This document shows positions 60,169 through 64,000 of a stretch of 64,000 nt of DNA, in pieces. The position numbers and the translations under genes are program-made. How positions within the stretch are numbered: the first letter of the stretch is position 1; each line of letters starts with the position of its first letter. The stretch covers positions 736,001 to 800,000 of the forward strand of contig CAXXQS010000001.1 of the NCBI GenBank assembly GCA_963674735.2, written 5' to 3'. The notes below the pieces were generated by a model. That model saw nothing but the letters and a program-made list of their open reading frames with translations. It did not search any database and was not told the DNA's origin. Origin of the DNA: Myxococcota bacterium. GTDB lineage: Bacteria; Myxococcota_A; SURF-8.

Positions 60169-62717
60169 TGGATGATTACGAACATGAAGCACTAAGATTG
60201 CTGGCGATGGTCAATCGATTGGGAGTATCTTGTCTTTCCTCACTCGTCGCGGCGTTGCTGCTATTGATCGCCGGTCCCCTTTGGGCGCAGGGGCAGGAAC
60301 CCGTCGAACTCGATTCCTCAGGAGGCGGCGTTCACACCACCGCAACGGCGGATGAGCCACAACCGGATGAAGCCCAGGCGGCTGATACAGTCCCCCCGGA
60401 AGCGAACGCCGATGATGAGACGGGAGCGCCTTCACACGTTGTGGAAAAAGATCCAACGCCGGTCGAAGTGGAGGTTCCCCCGAAGGACGATACGTCAACG
60501 GATAAAAAAGAATCTTCTCCCGCCGAAGACGGTGAACTGGAGATCATCATCGAGATGGAGCCGGAAGACCAGGAAGAGGACTCACCGCCACCGGACGACG
60601 GTTCTTTCATGCTGGGGGAGATCACCGTATTCGGCCAGCAGCAGGACTCAACCGTGTCAGCTTCCAAGTACGAAGTCGAGATCGGCAAACTTCATATCGT
60701 GCCGCGAAAGAACGCCGCCGAGCACCTGATGCTGGCGCCGGGTGTCCTCACCACCAACCATGGAGGCGAAGGCCATGCCCACGAGACCTATATGCGCGGC
60801 TTCGCCGCCAAGGAAGGCCAGGACATCGAGTACACGCTGAACGGCGCGCCGTTGAACGAGGTCAGCAATCCCCACGGGCACGGCTACGCCGACCTGCTGT
60901 TCATCCCGCCCGAACTGGTGATGACCGTGCGTATTCTGGAAGGCCCCTTCGATCCGGAACAGGGTGATTTCGCCTTCGCCGGTTCCGCCGACTATCAGCT
61001 TGGCGTGCGGGAGCGCGGCTCGTATCTCAAATACGGCTATGGACGTTGGAACGCGCAGCGCACGCTGTTTCTGATCGCTCCAGAAGAGTTGGACACCGAG
61101 AGCTTCGCGGCTTTTGAGTATTACCAGACCGACGGTTACGGGCCGAACCGCGCGGCCAAACGCGCCAGCGCCTTGGGACAATATTCCCAGGAGGAGGAAC
61201 GCTTGAAGTTCAAGTACACCTTCGGTATCTACGGCTACATGGCCCGCTACGACCAAGCCGGGGTGGTGCGGGAAGACGACTACGAGGCCGGGCGCATGGG
61301 CTTTTTCGACACCTACGATTCGAATCAGGGTGGAGAAAGCAACCGCGTGCTGTTCACCTTTCGCACGCGCGTCGGTCCGAAGAAATCCCGCTTTCAACAG
61401 GTGGCTTTCCTGGGCTGGCGCACCATGCGGTTGCGCACGAACTTCACCGGCTGGTTGCTCGACGACCTCACCGACGGCGATGGCAACTACGTCGCTACCG
61501 AGCAGCGCGGTGACGGTACGGAAATGCGTTACAACGTTCTGACCGCCGGGTCGCGCGGAGACTACACATACAAACCCTATCTGCTCGGTCACGAACAAGC
61601 CCTGAGTTTCGGTTACGCCCTGCGCTTCGATCAGGGCGAAACCAGCCAGCGGCGTCTGCGCGCGGTGACGGCGATTCCCTATAAACGGGTCTTCGACACT
61701 TCGTTCACCATCCTCAACATTGCCGGGTGGACACGCCTGCATTTTCGGCCCTGTCGCTGGTTTGCGCTGAAAGGCGGTGTAAGGTTGGATGCCTTTTCCT
61801 TTGGCGTCACAGACCACAACAAGCCGGAGGCCGACCGGGAAGGTCTGCGCGATCCGAGCCAGACGAGCCAGTCGCTGGGTTATGCCGTCAATCCACGCGT
61901 CACACTGGATTTCCGACTGCACAAAGGGCTGCACCTGCTGGGCAGCTATGGCGAGGGAACACGCTCGACGGAAGCGATGGCGCTTTCCGACAACGAAACC
62001 ACGCCTTTCGCCAAGGCGCATTCCGCCGAAGGCGGTCTGAGTTATCGCCACGGCAAACCGGGCGACCCTTTCTCCGTCAGCGGCCAGGCCAGTTACGTCT
62101 ATACACACATCACCCAGGACATGCTCTTTTCCGAAACCGCCGGGCGCAATATTCCGGTTGGCGCGTCCGACCGCCACGCCGGGCTTTTGGGTCTGCGCTT
62201 CCTGGTCGGTAATTGGTTCGACAGTCTGGTGAACGTTGGCTATGCGCATGCGACTCTGGCCGACACGGGCGAATTGATTCCCTATGTGCCGGAGTGGATC
62301 GTGCGGCTTGATGTGGCGGCGAACGGGCAAATCAGCGATTGGGAGTTGGCCGGGGTGCCGATCACGGGGCGCGTCGGGCTGGGCTTCACGTATGTCCCCG
62401 GTCGCCCGCTGCCACTCAAGCAGACCGGCGATCCCATGTACTTACTAAACCTGGGCGGTGAAATCCGATTGTACCATTTCTCGCTAGGCATCGAAATGCG
62501 CAACCTGTTGGACCTGCGTTATCGTCAGTCGGAGTATCATTACGCCAGCAGCTTCGAGTCCGCCGACGCCATCCCCTCGCAGGTGGCCGAGCGCCACTTC
62601 GTGGCCGGGGAGCCCTTCTTCGCCATGGGGACGATCACCTGGCACATCGAAGACATGATCCGGGGCTTCGTACCGGGATCGACCGGTGAAGACGGCAGCG
62701 AGGACGGCGAGATGTAG
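60165..62717 (+). CDS. TonB-dependent receptor with a His-rich plug
   Basis: NHGGEGHAHETYMRGF, NPHGHGYADLLFIPPE, EGPF...GDFA and RNLLD motifs. Confidence 0.9.
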   Translation: MMDDYEHEALRLLAMVNRLGVSCLSSLVAALLLLIAGPLWAQGQEPVELDSSGGGVHTTATADEPQPDEAQAADTVPPEANADDETGAPSHVVEKDPTPVEVEVPPKDDTSTDKKESSPAEDGELEIIIEMEPEDQEEDSPPPDDGSFMLGEITVFGQQQDSTVSASKYEVEIGKLHIVPRKNAAEHLMLAPGVLTTNHGGEGHAHETYMRGFAAKEGQDIEYTLNGAPLNEVSNPHGHGYADLLFIPPELVMTVRILEGPFDPEQGDFAFAGSADYQLGVRERGSYLKYGYGRWNAQRTLFLIAPEELDTESFAAFEYYQTDGYGPNRAAKRASALGQYSQEEERLKFKYTFGIYGYMARYDQAGVVREDDYEAGRMGFFDTYDSNQGGESNRVLFTFRTRVGPKKSRFQQVAFLGWRTMRLRTNFTGWLLDDLTDGDGNYVATEQRGDGTEMRYNVLTAGSRGDYTYKPYLLGHEQALSFGYALRFDQGETSQRRLRAVTAIPYKRVFDTSFTILNIAGWTRLHFRPCRWFALKGGVRLDAFSFGVTDHNKPEADREGLRDPSQTSQSLGYAVNPRVTLDFRLHKGLHLLGSYGEGTRSTEAMALSDNETTPFAKAHSAEGGLSYRHGKPGDPFSVSGQASYVYTHITQDMLFSETAGRNIPVGASDRHAGLLGLRFLVGNWFDSLVNVGYAHATLADTGELIPYVPEWIVRLDVAANGQISDWELAGVPITGRVGLGFTYVPGRPLPLKQTGDPMYLLNLGGEIRLYHFSLGIEMRNLLDLRYRQSEYHYASSFESADAIPSQVAERHFVAGEPFFAMGTITWHIEDMIRGFVPGSTGEDGSEDGEM

Positions 62718-62834
62718 ACAATCCGACCGGGATCAGCCTTTCTTTGTCAAATATTGCTCCACAGCAGCGGAAGGCGCAAGGCTCGTCGCCCTGATCGTGG
62801 AAACGAGCAAGTGTTCTGACTTGTTCACTTGGGC

Positions 62835-63707
62835 GTGCGTCCCGAAAACTCCGTTCAAGCTGAAATTACTTGCTTATTTATGATCGTTTCACAAAGCTGT
62901 TTTGCATGAAACTCTTGCCGATTATCACAATATTTGCCGCCCTGAACCTCTTCCTGTTCGGTTCCGTCCATCGCAAACTGATCCTGCTCGTCACCTTGCA
63001 ACGCCAGCAACTGGCCGTTTACAAGCGGAAGATCAAGCGACCGAATCTCAAAGAACGGGATTGCCTATTCTGGATGCTTCTGTCCAATATCTGGTCGGAC
63101 TGGAAAGAACATCTGGTCATCGTCAAGCCGGAAACGGTCATCCGATAGCGACGCCGGAAATTCAAGGACTATTGGCGAATGATCTCAACAAGAAGGAGGA
63201 ACATCGGCAGACCGCCCATTACCCAAGAATACATCGAGTTCATTCGCCGCATTTCCGCCGATCATCCGGACTACAGTGGCAAACGTATCGCGGGGATGTT
63301 GAACCTGCTGTTTGGCGTAAATCACGCGTCGAGCACCGTGGATCGCTACCGGGTCAAACTGCCAAAGCCTCCTGGTGGAAATCAGCAGTGGAGCACGTTT
63401 CTCAAGTACCACGCATCCGCCATCTGGTCCTTCGATTTCTGTATCCAGTTCACATTTTTCTTCGCCCAAGTCTACATCCTGATCATCATCGAACTGGAAA
63501 ATCGAAAAATCGTTCACCTCGTTGTGACCATGCACTCGACCTTAGACTGGCTCAAACAGCAGATTCGAAATGCTACGTGGGACGAAAAACCCAAATTCCT
63601 GATCCACGACAACGACGGCATCTTCGGTCAGTTGGGAAAGCCGGTTACTGTGCGATTCAATGGGAAAACGGTTTCCTACCGTTCTTCATTGGATGTCTGG
63701 CTGGTCC
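62835..63707 (+). mobile_element. Inactivated integrase-core (rve-type) transposase
   Basis: ATG 62906; LQRQQLAV...VKPETVIR-TAG (63146-63148), then the same frame continues GRPP...WSTFL...DF...LIHDNDGIF; 3' truncated. Confidence 0.8.
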
Positions 63708-63816
63708 TGACCTGCCCTCCTGAACCGAATCCAGTTTTTGTGTTCGATTTTTACTGGATATTGAGGAAAGGAGCCAGGAATATGGCGAAAAAGACGAATG
63801 TTGAGGAGGGCAGTTA
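63708..63816. mobile_element. 109-bp IS3-derived miniature element
   Basis: TGACCTGCCCTCCT...AGGAGGGCAGTTA ends, TCC on both flanks, internal RBS and ATG stub. Confidence 0.5.
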
Positions 63817-63845
63817 TCCTGCTCAGACATTTTTTAGATGGCTTG

Positions 63846-63876
63846 TAAAAAAACCGGCAATCAGCATGCCGGTTTT
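63846..63876 (-). terminator. Intrinsic terminator, possibly bidirectional
   Basis: AAAACCGGCA-ATCAGCA-TGCCGGTTTT stem with an A7 tract. Confidence 0.7.
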
Positions 63877-63906
63877 AAGTGCGCAATCGCTGCTTCGATC
63901 GGTCGA

Positions 63907-63999
63907 TTACATGCCTTTCAGGATGTACCAGCGATCGCCCTCCAGTTCCAGAATCATTTCGTTATCGTCGGCTTTGGAATGCCAGACTTCTTCATCGAG
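63907..63999 (-). CDS. C-terminal end of a gene entering from beyond the window
   Basis: ...LDEEVWHSKADDNEMILELEGDRWYILKGM-TAA, followed by the terminator. Confidence 0.6.
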   Translation of the reverse strand, partial: LDEEVWHSKADDNEMILELEGDRWYILKGM

Positions 64000-64000
64000 A

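Noticed and set aside
60657-62330. Long antisense ORFs (also 22915-23862, 28864-30057, 33567-34730, 44821-45762)
   Set aside because: Shadow frames of well-supported GC-rich genes with no recognisable motifs.
63146-63148. Pyrrolysine or amber read-through in the transposase
   Set aside because: It sits where a Trp (TGG) is expected in a truncated element, so a nonsense mutation is the simpler explanation.

Overview
A bacterial chromosomal window of about 57% GC (visual estimate). The Myxococcus-type mglB-mglA pair, a PilZ protein, a PP2C-cNMP phosphatase and many Cys-rich lipoproteins suggest a Myxococcota/deltaproteobacterial lineage (inference). Bases 1-49.5 kb are mostly housekeeping and envelope genes: queG, ltaE, serC, fbp, kal, mglBA, mreB, cdd, hpt, a GldAFG-like ABC system, a histidine kinase, a diguanylate cyclase, glycosylation genes and three unusual radical SAM enzymes. 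Bases 49.5-56.6 kb are an accessory island with three orphan Rhs C-terminal modules, two immunity-like genes, an AT-rich 4TM + membrane-anchored TIR gene pair, REP/REPIN hairpins, IS3 remnants (one a fold-back palindrome) and a shattered lipoprotein gene. Bases 56.7-62.7 kb hold a His-rich TonB-dependent metal-uptake operon, followed by IS debris. The most notable candidates are: (1) a 69-codon membrane mini-protein missing from the ORF track, with an in-frame TGA followed by a hairpin (possible selenoprotein, 5814-6023, minus strand); (2) the 4TM + 2TM-TIR pair as a possible defence system; (3) a 72-bp hairpin element at Rhs cassette junctions; (4) a radical SAM enzyme with a split Cx25Cx2C motif; (5) an acidic 'DGD' linker shared by six unrelated lipoproteins. 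No rRNA, tRNA or CRISPR array was seen. All family calls come from motif recognition; no database search was run.
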